Shown one piece after another: positions 53,285 through 64,000 of a stretch of DNA of 64,000 nt; within the stretch, counting starts at the first letter, position 1, and the number at the start of each line of letters is the position of its first letter. A program made the position numbers and the translations under genes. The stretch is taken from positions 5,892,001 to 5,956,000 of the forward strand of contig CM075994.1 in NCBI GenBank assembly GCA_038087875.1, written 5' to 3'. Source of the stretch: Malacoraja senta. Lineage: Eukaryota. Under the pieces are notes generated by a model. It was not told the origin of the DNA and made no database searches. It was given only the letters and a program-made list of their open reading frames with translations.

Positions 53285-53630
53285 CGAGGATGCTTCCACT
53301 AGTGGGAGAGTCGAGGACCAGATGCCATAGCCCCAGAGTAAAAGGACGTGCCTTTTGAAAGGAGGTGAGGAACAATGAGGAAGAATGACTTTAATCAGAA
53401 CGTGGCGAATCTGTGGAATTCATTGCCAAAGAAGTCGGTGTAAGCCAAGTCAGTTGATATCTTTAAGGAGGAGATTGATAGATTCTTGATTAGTAAGGGT
53501 GTCAGGGGTTATCTCGTGTAGGCAGGAAAATGGGGTTGAGAATGATAGAAAGATCATTCTTTTATTTAATTGGCAGTGCAAACTTAATGGGCTGAATGGC
53601 GTAATTCTGCTCCTTTCTCTTCTGAACTTA
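53285..53630 (+). mobile_element. Old CR1 3' fragment
   Basis: GAATCTGTGGAATTCATTGCC and 3' UTR similarity to other CR1 copies. Confidence 0.75.
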
Positions 53631-54344
53631 TCAACACACCATAGAAGACAATTTGATGCATAGACCCCGGCTCTCAGACGAACCCCGACATTCCCATCGG
53701 ACCAATTTTTTCTTATAATATATTTCCCTTCATATGCTCATCAAATGCCGCGCCCCATCGCAGTGCGGTTGCCACGCCCTTGCAGTGGGAGCAATTTACA
53801 ACAGATGCTTAATTTATGACACATTTCTGGGATAAGGAAATAAATAGTCTGCCTGGAAGGCTGAATTGACAGTATTCGCAAAATGTAAAACTGAACTAGA
53901 ATTACTGAGTTGGCGCGAATTTCACCGGTCCTGAATATTAGCGAGGAAGAGAGCAGCCGGACTTCCCGTGGATAGGTTGTACATTTCAGTTTCATATTGA
54001 ACATAATCCCGTCGTACACGTGATCTCCGATAGCAAACCCAACGCAAAACGTTCCTGGCTCCCAATATTCCCAACCATGATCTCACCAAAATTTCGCGAC
54101 CTATTACGTGCACTTAAGCCGCACCGTGAAGTATGTTGTTAATTACATTGTAACTTTGATAATCTTAACTCAATTCCAGCGCATATAATTTTGATTTAAT
54201 TTAAGTAATTTTCGCAAGGCAATAATTTAATGTCTTTAACCTACAAAGCATGGCATTAAAGCTAATTTATATGAATTGGTACGGATAAATGACAAATGAA
54301 TATTTGGAAGGAATACTGAGCTGAAACTATCTATGTGTCTTCAG

Positions 54345-54374
54345 AAGACAAGAAGACATTTCGGAGAACTCGAC
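54345..54374 (+). CDS. Micro-exon (30 nt, phase 1): EDKKTFRRTR
   Basis: tgtgtcttcag|...|gtaatt. Confidence 0.55.
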
Positions 54375-54617
54375 GTAATTCTGCAGCTAAGTTCATTGAA
54401 AATCTCATCATTTGCATTGTCTAAGTGTTGTTGGTCTTTTACTGTCATCCATTTGTGGCTATGTTATAATCATTTCCAATATGGATAAGTATAGCAACAT
54501 TCTTGGTTAAATTTACTATTAGCCTTACATGGATTTTGCTCTTTCGCCTAATTTTCTGAAGACATTCTAATGTAAATGTATTACGAAATTGTGTATTGTT
54601 ATTCTGATTTTCCTGTT

Positions 54618-54817
54618 NNNNNNNNNNNNNNNNNNNNNNNNNNNNNNNNNNNNNNNNNNNNNNNNNNNNNNNNNNNNNNNNNNNNNNNNNNNNNNNNNNN
54701 NNNNNNNNNNNNNNNNNNNNNNNNNNNNNNNNNNNNNNNNNNNNNNNNNNNNNNNNNNNNNNNNNNNNNNNNNNNNNNNNNNNNNNNNNNNNNNNNNNNN
54801 NNNNNNNNNNNNNNNNN
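54618..54817. other. Assembly gap (200 N)
   Basis: Direct reading. Confidence 1.
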
Positions 54818-56301
54818 CCAGTAGAATCCTCATTCAAGATTTGGTGTAAAAATGCGCAATGGGGCGCTCGCTTGTAATACTGCATTGTTACCTGCCAGTG
54901 ACACAGTGCAGCCGGATAAGTGCACGCGTTTCCCCCCCCCCCCCCCCACCCCGCCCCTTCACTTTAAAATATTGCATGCCTATCATTGTTCTGGTGTCAT
55001 GGGCATATCGATAGATGAAGTTGACATAAAATGCGTTCGCTGCTGCCTGTTGCACCTTGTTCTCGCCTACCTGTTGAAAAATAATGGTCAGCAGGATAAG
55101 GTTGTTAAAACAGTGTTGTCTGCGTATGATCAAAAAAACGACAACCTGCCAATTATGTACTACGTAAATAGCCTAGTGATCGTCATAGGGCAGTTCAGAA
55201 ACAAAAATTCAGAAAATGCTGGCACAGCAAGATAAATTGCACTGCGGTGATCAAGCGATGTTGAGGGCATTGCGGTTGCTTGTGGTTCTGAAAGTTCAGA
55301 GGTTGATGTGGGGGTCCGAAAAACGACGAAAATTAGAAGAATGCAGGTATTAATGCCTCTATTATGAAGGTGCGGGAATTTATCTAGTGAGGGAACAACC
55401 CGAGAAGGTACAGTGGAGGTTATCTCAGTAAAAGCATGAACAAGGGCCGGTGGAGTTTCATAGGCTAATTGTCAGATTAAATAGTTACACGATCTGTTTT
55501 TAATCTCACACGGGAAGCTTTTACTGTGCGCTACTTCGCACTATTGTATTTTTATTATCCGGAAATTCGAATTGCTACTTGAACGCGCGTGTGTGTGTAG
55601 GAGTGGAAGGGGAGGGAAGATAAGGTATCAACATCAATGATATTCTACTCTGTTTCAATTTTCCACCTTGTCATCAATTTACATTGGAAAACACTGACGC
55701 CGAAAAGGAGAAAGGAAGTCAACATTTGCATTGCTATGAAGAGCAATGAAATGTAACGCCTAATTCCACGCTGAATTGACGTACTTTAAACAACGATAAA
55801 TCACCATGGCACCAGTTTTTCATTCATTTGATACACGAAAATGATAGTTGGCATAGGTTTTATACAACAGCATTGGCGTTCTTTTGGATAATCCAACGTT
55901 TTACAGTAATTCGTTGAATAGCACAATTCATGTCCTGTTACAACTCGAGTTACCTATGCGTTGCATAATTTGTCTACAGAAATTCAGAATCTTGAAGAAT
56001 ATGTTTGATGTTCTCTTTGCTATTATTATTATTATTATTATTATTAATATTATTAGTAGTATAATTATTGTTATTACAATTATTAATTATTATTGTTATT
56101 ATTATTGCTATTACTATTATTATTATTATTATTATTATTATTGGTGTTGTTGTTGTTATTATCAATATCATTTTTATTATTTTCATTCTTATCTTGAAAT
56201 CTTTCCTTTGGTTCAATCAAAAATTCACATAAAAAATGAATATCAAAATTAGAGGTTTCATGTGGAAATATATTCAGCGTTCTGATAATATTTATTTTCA
56301 G

Positions 56302-56337
56302 AATTTGATGTAATTAAAAATCATTTGAAAAAAACAG
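56302..56337 (+). CDS. Duplicate of micro-exon 10390-10425
   Basis: Identical sequence and splice sites. Confidence 0.6.
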
Positions 56338-57129
56338 GTAGGTGCCAATAAGGATAAGTTTGTGTTTGCTATGTTTCATTCTCTATCCATTTGAAATGAA
56401 ATCCATTTCAATTTTACTTTCCGTAATTTGCTAATCAATCCATTGCCGGAGCCTTGGTATCAGCGTTGAACAAAAGACAAAATCTTTAGGTATTTTGTAG
56501 AAAAGCCCTTTAGGTCTTATACTTCAGTTGTAACTTCTATTCTCAGGCGCGTAGTCATCGATTGGGACGAGTATCCCTACGTAAGGAGTTAAGATTTGTT
56601 CACAAGCACAGCGCTGAAGTGTATTTGTGGGGACGGGGTAATTTACGGAGAGTTAATGATCTTACAGCACTGAATGCATTGTTTCCAGAGTACGCAGGAC
56701 ATAGGCAGAAGGATCTCGACCCGCATCATCTCACTCCTGCTATCCAGGATTTGCTGCCTGTCCCGTTGAGTTACTCCAGCATTTTGTGTTTACATAAGAC
56801 GTAGAACAGCATAGCACAGCAGTAGTCCCTTCATCCCACAACTACTGTGGCGACATGATGCCAAAACCAACCCTCATCCACCTTCACATACAGTAATCCA
56901 TATCACTGTGTTCCCTGTAAATCCATATGCAATCCAAAAATCTGTTATATCTCACCAATAATAATCATTAGCGTTAATGATACGATGGTCGGCGTTTCCA
57001 CTAAAATTTGCATTCGGAAATCGAATATTCACATCCATGGCACTTTATCGTAAAAATGCAAATTATACATAGAGACTTTTGCTTCTTAACAAATAAAAAT
57101 TGATCTATAGTACCAACTGAAAATTTGGT

Positions 57130-59276
57130 TTAAGGAGGACAATTTATGATATGTGAAGAGGAAAAAATTAGTTAAGACCAAAGTTGGACCCTTGAAGACT
57201 GAAAAATGTGAATTTATTATGGGGAACAAGGAAATGGCAGATGAGTTGAACAGGTACTTTGGCTCTGTCTTCACTAAGGAGGACACAAACAATCTTCCTG
57301 ATATTGTAGTGGCCAGAGGATCTGGGGTGACAGAGGAACTGAAGGAAATCCACATGAGGCAGGAAATGGTGTTGGATAGACTGATGGGACTTACGGCTGA
57401 TAAATCCACAGGGCCTGATGGTTTGCATCCCAGGGTACTTAAGGAAGTGGCTCTAGAAATCGTGGATGCATTGGTGATAATTTTCCAATGTTCTATAGAC
57501 TCAGGATCAATTCCTGTGGATTGGAGGGTAGCTAATGTTATCCCAAATTTTAAGAAAGGCGGGAGAGAGATAATGGGGAATTATAGACCAATTAGCGTGA
57601 CATCGGTGGTGGGGAAGATGCTGGAGTCAATTATAAAAGATGAGATAGCCGAGCATTTGGATAGCAGTAACAGGATCGGTCCGAGTCAGCGTGGATTTAC
57701 GAAGGGGAAATCATGCTTGATTAATCTTCTGGAATTTTTTGAGATGTAACTAGGAAAATGGACAAGGGAGAGCCAGTGGATGTAGTGCACCTGGACTTTC
57801 AGAAAGCATTTGATAAGGTCCCACATAGGAGATTAGTTGGCAAAATTAGGGCACATCGTATTGGGGGTAGAGTGCTGACATTGATAGAGAAGTGGTTGGC
57901 AGACAGGAAACAAAGTGTACAGATTAACGGGTCCATTTCAGAATGGCAGGCAGTGACTAGTGGGGTACCGCAAGGCTCGGTGCTGGGACCGCAGCTATTT
58001 ACAATATACATCAATGATTTGGATGAAGGGATTCAAAGTAACATTAGCAAATTTGCAGATGACACAAAGGGGGGTGGCAGTGTGAACTGTGAGGAGGATG
58101 CTATGAGAATGCAGGGTGACTTGGACAGGTTGGGGGAGTGGACAGATGCATGGCAGATGAAGTTTAATGCGGATAAACGTGAGGTTATCCACTTTGGTAG
58201 CAAAAACAGGAAGGCAGATTACTATCTAAATGGCGTCAAGTTGGGAAAAGGGGAAGTACAACGGGATCTGGTGGTCCTTGTACATCTGTCTATGAAAGTG
58301 AGCATGCGGGTACAGCAGGCAGTGAGGAACGCGAATGGCATGTTGGCCTTTATAACAAGATGATTCGAATATAAGAGCAAAGAGGTCCCTCTGCAGTTGT
58401 ACAGAGCTCTAGTGAGACCACACCTGGAGTATTGTGTGCAGTTTTGGTCCCCTAATTTGAGGAAGGACATTCTTGCTATTGAGGGAGTGCAGCGGAGGTT
58501 TACAAGGTTAATTCCCGGGATGTCGGGCCTGGCATATGCTGCGAGAATGGAGCAGCTGGGCTTGCACACTCTGGAGTTTAGAAGGATGATAGAGGATCTC
58601 ATTGAAACATATAAGATTGTTAAGGGCTTGGACACACTAGAGGCAGGAAACATGTTCCCGATGTTGGGGAGTCCAGAACCATAGAAACATAGAAACATAG
58701 AAAACAGGTGCAGGAGGAGGCCATTCGGCCCTTCGAGCCAGCACCGCCATTCATTGTGATCATGGCTGATCGGCCCCTATCAATAACCCGTGCCTGCCTT
58801 CTCCCCATATCCCTTGACTCCACTAGCCCCTAGAGCTCTATCTAACTCTCTCTTAAATCCATCCAGTGACTTGGCCTCCTGTGGCATGGAATTCCATAAA
58901 TTCACAACCAACTGGGTGAAAAAGTTTTTTCTCACCTCAGTCTTAAATGCCCTCCCCTTTATTCTAAAGGGCCAGGGGCCACCGTTTAACAATAAGGAGT
59001 AAGCCATTTAGAATTGAGACGAGGAAACACTTTTTCTCACAGAGAGTGGTGAGTCTGTGGAATATTTTGCCTCAGAGGGCGGTGAAGGCAGGTTCTCTGG
59101 ATGCTTTCAAGAGAGAGCTAGATAGTGCTCATAAAAATAGAGGAATCAGTGGATATGGGAAGAAGGCTGGAACGGGGTACTGATTGGGGATTAACAGCCA
59201 TGATTACATTGAATGGCGGTGCTGGCTCGAAGGGCCAAATGGCGTACTCCTGCACCTATTGTCTATTGTATATTGT
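57130..59276 (+). mobile_element. Duplicate of CR1 11218-13365 with nested inverted CR1
   Basis: Same ORFs as the first copy. Confidence 0.93.
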
Positions 59277-61172
59277 CTACCGGCAAGAGAGCCTACAGAT
59301 GCTAGAACATTATGTAAAAAACAAACTACTGAAATAACTCAGCTGGCCTGGAACACCCATTTCTGGAAATGTACAGACGAGGTGTTGGATGAGGACCCAT
59401 TTGCAGGCCACAGGTTATTTATCCACATTGTGACAGTCGTGCCATTCTACTTTGGTTAATTCTGTCTGGTAGAAACAAGACATGCAGTTCCAACTAAACA
59501 TCCACAGTTCAGAAGACATAGAAACATTTATTTTTGAATGACCGATAGTATTCTGCATTTATTAGCAAAATTACAAATTTACAAGGAAGTTTTTGTTATA
59601 TGTCACGCAATTGAGGTATCAAATCATAGATCATTGACCGCTTCTTTCGCGAAATTTATTTTGCGTCTTTCAAAACCAATGGAATTATTTTCCTTTTCCG
59701 CGGCGGAACAACCAACTCTGCCGAACAATAGTGCATTGTTCAAGAAGAAATTGATCAGCTAAGATGAATTGCTATTGTTCAAAGGACATATTGGTCATAT
59801 GTTTCGTGCCCTGATATTAAGTGCAAATTATATAACACATCCTATTTTTCATCGTTACTTGCACGGGCCATTGTCCTTGCACAGCTAACATAGCGCAACA
59901 CATTGGCAGTTGGGATAGCAAAACGATTTTAAAAAAAAACGATAAATGATATGGTCTGTGTTGGAACAAGAAGAAGGAGGTCAGTGCCTTTCAGTGCATA
60001 ATTCCAGATGACAATTCGGCAGTCGGCCTACGAACTCTAATATTTTAGCTGGAAACGTGCAAAGAAAAATCAAGGTAAAGCCCAATAAAGTACGGCAGTT
60101 CAGTCTAGGACCTTCGAATAATGTATCCGTTCCACAGACCAATGTGAAATTAATGGAAACGCACAACTTTAACAATTATTATTTACGACTGGCTGGTTAC
60201 AGTTTGCGGAACGCTGCAACCTAGGGAAGTGACGCGAAAAATATCGTTGAAAATGATTATCTTCGGTGTACCCTTGAAGAAATATTTATTTTTCAAATCC
60301 ACCCGAGTCGGTTTTTTCAATAGTTTACATTATTCCCTCCTTACGGAGACGTTGACTTTATTAACTCCTGTTGCAATGAATGAGATACATAAGATAAAGA
60401 GTAGTCAACGATGAGTTAATGTGTTTATATCAGAATCCGAATGGTAAAAACAAATGGAAAATAACCGTCGAACGTTGTGTTAAAGTGTTCAACATTTCAG
60501 AGTCGCTTATTATGAAGGAAAAGGAAACTTGGCTAGAAATGTAGTTTTCGATTTTCGGATTCCTCCCATCTTGTAATATCTCCGCTGTTTTCGGCATACA
60601 GCATAATGGTCACAGTCTGCATATTCACGGGTCTATGTTCTTTCAGATAATCCTTGACCACTCTTTCGATGTAAATGCATCTTGAGGAAATGTGTAAACT
60701 GAACATTCACAGCGTTCCCATCAATGCGAGGGAAATCGTTCGGGATAAAATTCTCATGCTCGTTTTACGTGAATGATCAAATCAATCTCGGCGAGTTGTT
60801 TCTGCGCAATTCATATAAATGTTAAATATACCGAACATATACAATCAACTTACCGTAATAAGATTGTTGTGCGTGTGATGTGGAGTGTGGGGAAGGAGAA
60901 GCACAACAATCTTATTGCGGTAAGTACAAGGATTGAACATTTGCACTTGGAGCAATCCATTGTGATATTGTTTAGAAACTTATTAAATGAAATTTCACGA
61001 AGAAACGAACGTCAGAAGTCACGTGTAACAGCAGTCCTGCCATCATCCTGTTATAAATTATTCAGAGAATCTAAAACAATAACATATATATATATGTTCT
61101 ATATATCTATATATAGATCTACATATATATATATATATCTATCTATATATATTATATTTGTTTGCTTTGTAG

Positions 61173-61190
61173 GGACGCGTAATGTGAAAG
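61173..61190 (+). CDS. Duplicate of micro-exon 15263-15280
   Basis: Identical sequence and splice sites. Confidence 0.55.
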
Positions 61191-62265
61191 GTACGTTCTG
61201 AAACTGTATAAACGATAGCTGTGCTGAACTAATCCATCGTAACTAAATGGCACATCTTTTGCCGCCGATTATTTTGTTTGTGAGTGAGTTGATGTTTGGG
61301 TTTGTAGTATGGGTTTATACCATGCGCAAAACCAGCGAGTTATAACACAGCACGCACTAAATCGAACCAGTCTAAAAAATAAGTGAACATTTATTATCCT
61401 GGAAAATAACAAAGAGGAACATTCATCATTTCAAAACGGTTACAGCATCTGGCGATTAATTTAAGATCCTGGGCCGAATATAAATGTTGTGCTTTCAATG
61501 GCGTGTTGACATGAATAGTTAGCGTGGTCCTATTTATAAATGTAAGTTCAAATACGAAAATATCCATACGACTTGGTATCAAGTAATGTCTGTCAGGAAA
61601 GTAGGAATTAAAAATATTTTTCTGATCCCAATGAACTCCCGTGATGTTTCATATATTGCCATCGATTCACTTTCATGGGTTTCTTTACATTAGATTCACT
61701 ATTGTGGATGAATTTCTTGGGAAAATATGCAGATGGTTTCCCTGTTGACGAATGATGCTAAATTTCACCACAATTTCACCTTCAAGTAAGACAATGAATC
61801 AATGTCGCTCAATAGAAAATTCATTACGTGTTAACGATATCGTTTTATATAATTTCCTCTTTATTTTGGTTGCATGAAGAAACTGCATCATAAACAGCAG
61901 GAGTACAACAAGCCTGTGCTTTGCGGCTGTGGTTTTAGCATGTCAATCCCCTTTTTTCCTGAAATGTAAAACGTAAGTGCCTGGGATCTTGCTAAAATGC
62001 AATTCCAATTTTGGTTGTGCGGGAAATCATGCGCAGCAGAATTATGAATATGTGCCTCAACGAATATACGACGAATAAGGTCGTATTGACCATTGGTCCT
62101 CTGGTTTTGAAAATTATTTAGCAATGCCAATGTCAGACATTAAATAATATGACATATTTCCACATTTTCTAACTTAATCCTGAGCCAACTTGCCCAGCTG
62201 AACAAGTATTTTGTATAACAATCTTCATTGTCCACGTTACCACCTACTTAAGTGCCATATTAAAA

Positions 62266-64000
62266 GGTACCCGGACGTGGCGCCGACGGACGAGAAGCCG
62301 AAGCAAAGAAGTGGAAGCCAAATAACCGAATGGAAACGAAGCCGAAACGCCAAATAACCGAATGGAAACGAAGCCGAAACGCCAATTGACCGAAAGGGTG
62401 GGACGTCTAAATGCATACTAACCGAAAGGGCGGGACGCCTAAAAGCCAACTAACCGAAAGGCTGCGTCGCCTAAAAGCAAACTCACCGAATGGCCGCTCT
62501 GCCGAAACGCCACCTACCCGAAAACCGGCGTCGCCTACAAGCGAACGGACCGAATGCCGCTCAACAGAAAAGTCGAATATCGGGCATGACGTTGCCGGGA
62601 GCGGGACATGTCAGCAATTGGTCCAAACCCCCGCGTCCATCACATCACTGTGGAGGGATGAACTTTGTCCCCTTCTCTCTTTGTCCCATTCTCTCTCTCC
62701 CCTTCTCTCTTTCTCTCCCTCTTCTGTCTTCCCCCTTCTCTCTCTCCTCCGTCTCCACCGGCGGGAGGATGGGGGCCATTTTCCCACACAAGCCATAGGT
62801 GACTGGGCAATCTGAACCCAAGCACCAAGTTGTAAGCGGCCGAAGGTGCGCATCTTTCGGGACAGCCCCCACTCTCCCACGGCCTCATCTCCCCCGTGCG
62901 GCTGCACTGTGACGGGCTGTATGTCGGGTGGAGTAGATGTATGGGACAGGCTGGTGCCTCCGCACACCCAGAGTCACTGACCGCGATGCACCGCCATCGG
63001 ACCCCAACCCACACACCAGGGCGACCTCCCCGCACCTCCGATCCCCGGATCCTGACACCCACACCGGGTCATTTACCCAACCCCAGCCGCGGGGCCAGGC
63101 CGCTCGGGCATTGTAAATCGTTTTTAAAACATCGGGGGACACATTCCCTGGAGGGCCGAAGGGAGAGAGAGCGGGGGGGAAGAGAGAAGAGGGGAGAGAA
63201 AGAGAAAAGGGGGGAGAGAGAGAGAAGGGAGTGAGCGGGGGGAGAGAGAGGAGGGGAGAGAGAAGGTGAGAGAGAGAAGATGGGAGAGAAAGAGCGAAGG
63301 GGAGAGAGAGAAATGAGAGAGAGGGGGAGAGGGCACGTGCAGAAAGAGGCGGAGAGAGAGAAGGGGGAGAGAGAGGAGGGAGAGCGAGGGGGAGAGAGGG
63401 AGGTGGAGAGAGAGAAGAGGGGTGAGAAAGAGAGAAGGGGAGAGAGAAGGGAGAGAGGGGGGAGAGGAGAGGAGGGGAGGAGAGAGAGAAGAGGAGAGAG
63501 GAATAGAGAAGGGGAGAGAGACAAGGGAGACAGAGGGGGTGAGAGGGGAGGGAGAGAGAGAGGATGAGAGAGAGAAGTGGAGAGAGAGAAGGGAGAGAGA
63601 GGGTGGAGAGAGAGAGGGAGGAGAGAGCGAAGAGGGGAGAGAAAGGGAGAAGGGGAGAGAGAGGGGGAGAAGGGTGGAGAGAGAAGAGGAGAGAGAGAAG
63701 AGGGAGAGAGAGAAGGGAGAGAGGTGGAGACATAGCGGGAGGAGAGAGAGAAGAGGGGAGAAAAAGAGAAATGGGGAGAGAGAGAAGGGAGAGAGAGGGG
63801 GAGAGAGAGGAAGTGGAGAGAGAGGAGGAGAGAGAGAAGGGGAGAGAGAGAAGAGGGAGAGAGAGAAGGGAGAGGAGGTGGAGACATAGAGGGAGGAGAG
63901 AGAGAAGAGGGGAGAAAAAGAGAAATGGGGAGAGAGAGAAGGGAGAGAGAGGGGGAGAGAGAGGAAGTGGAGAGGGAGGAGAGAGAGACGGGGGAGAGAG
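62266..64000. mobile_element. Duplicate of the Mutator-like element, running off the window end
   Basis: Same left TIR, TSD and GA tract. Confidence 0.8.

Larger units (their letters stand above)
54818..64000 (+). repeat. Near-identical copy of 8905-~18130
   Basis: Same ORFs recur at an offset of ~45.91 kb; differences are a few SNPs and indels, mostly in simple repeats. Confidence 0.98.

Overview
Repeat-dense vertebrate genomic DNA, probably from a cartilaginous fish (skate/ray). This is inferred from HE1/V-SINE-like SINEs, abundant CR1 and Penelope fragments. Most ORFs in the track are transposon remnants (CR1, Rex1/Babar, L1, Tx1, Penelope, a BEL/Pao element at ~29.5-35.8 kb, a Gypsy element at ~36.2-46.6 kb) or microsatellite artefacts. 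Between the repeats, and invisible to the ORF track, lies an array of about 16 plus-strand micro-exons of 18-36 nt. All are multiples of 3, all are phase 1, and most encode charged coiled-coil-like peptides. A decayed B30.2/PRY-SPRY-like exon sits at ~3.5-3.9 kb. Together these look like the cytoplasmic-tail part of a butyrophilin/chicken-BG-like (or TRIM-like) gene whose N-terminal exons were not found in the window. Other notable items are a tRNA-Asp-like sequence inside the BEL 3' region, a young L1 with a 138-bp target-site duplication, a Mutator-like non-autonomous element with ~400-bp TIRs and a 9-bp TSD, a tandem duplication giving a three-LTR Gypsy, and a near-identical copy of 8.9-18.1 kb after a 200-N gap. 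All calls are by eye; no database search was run.
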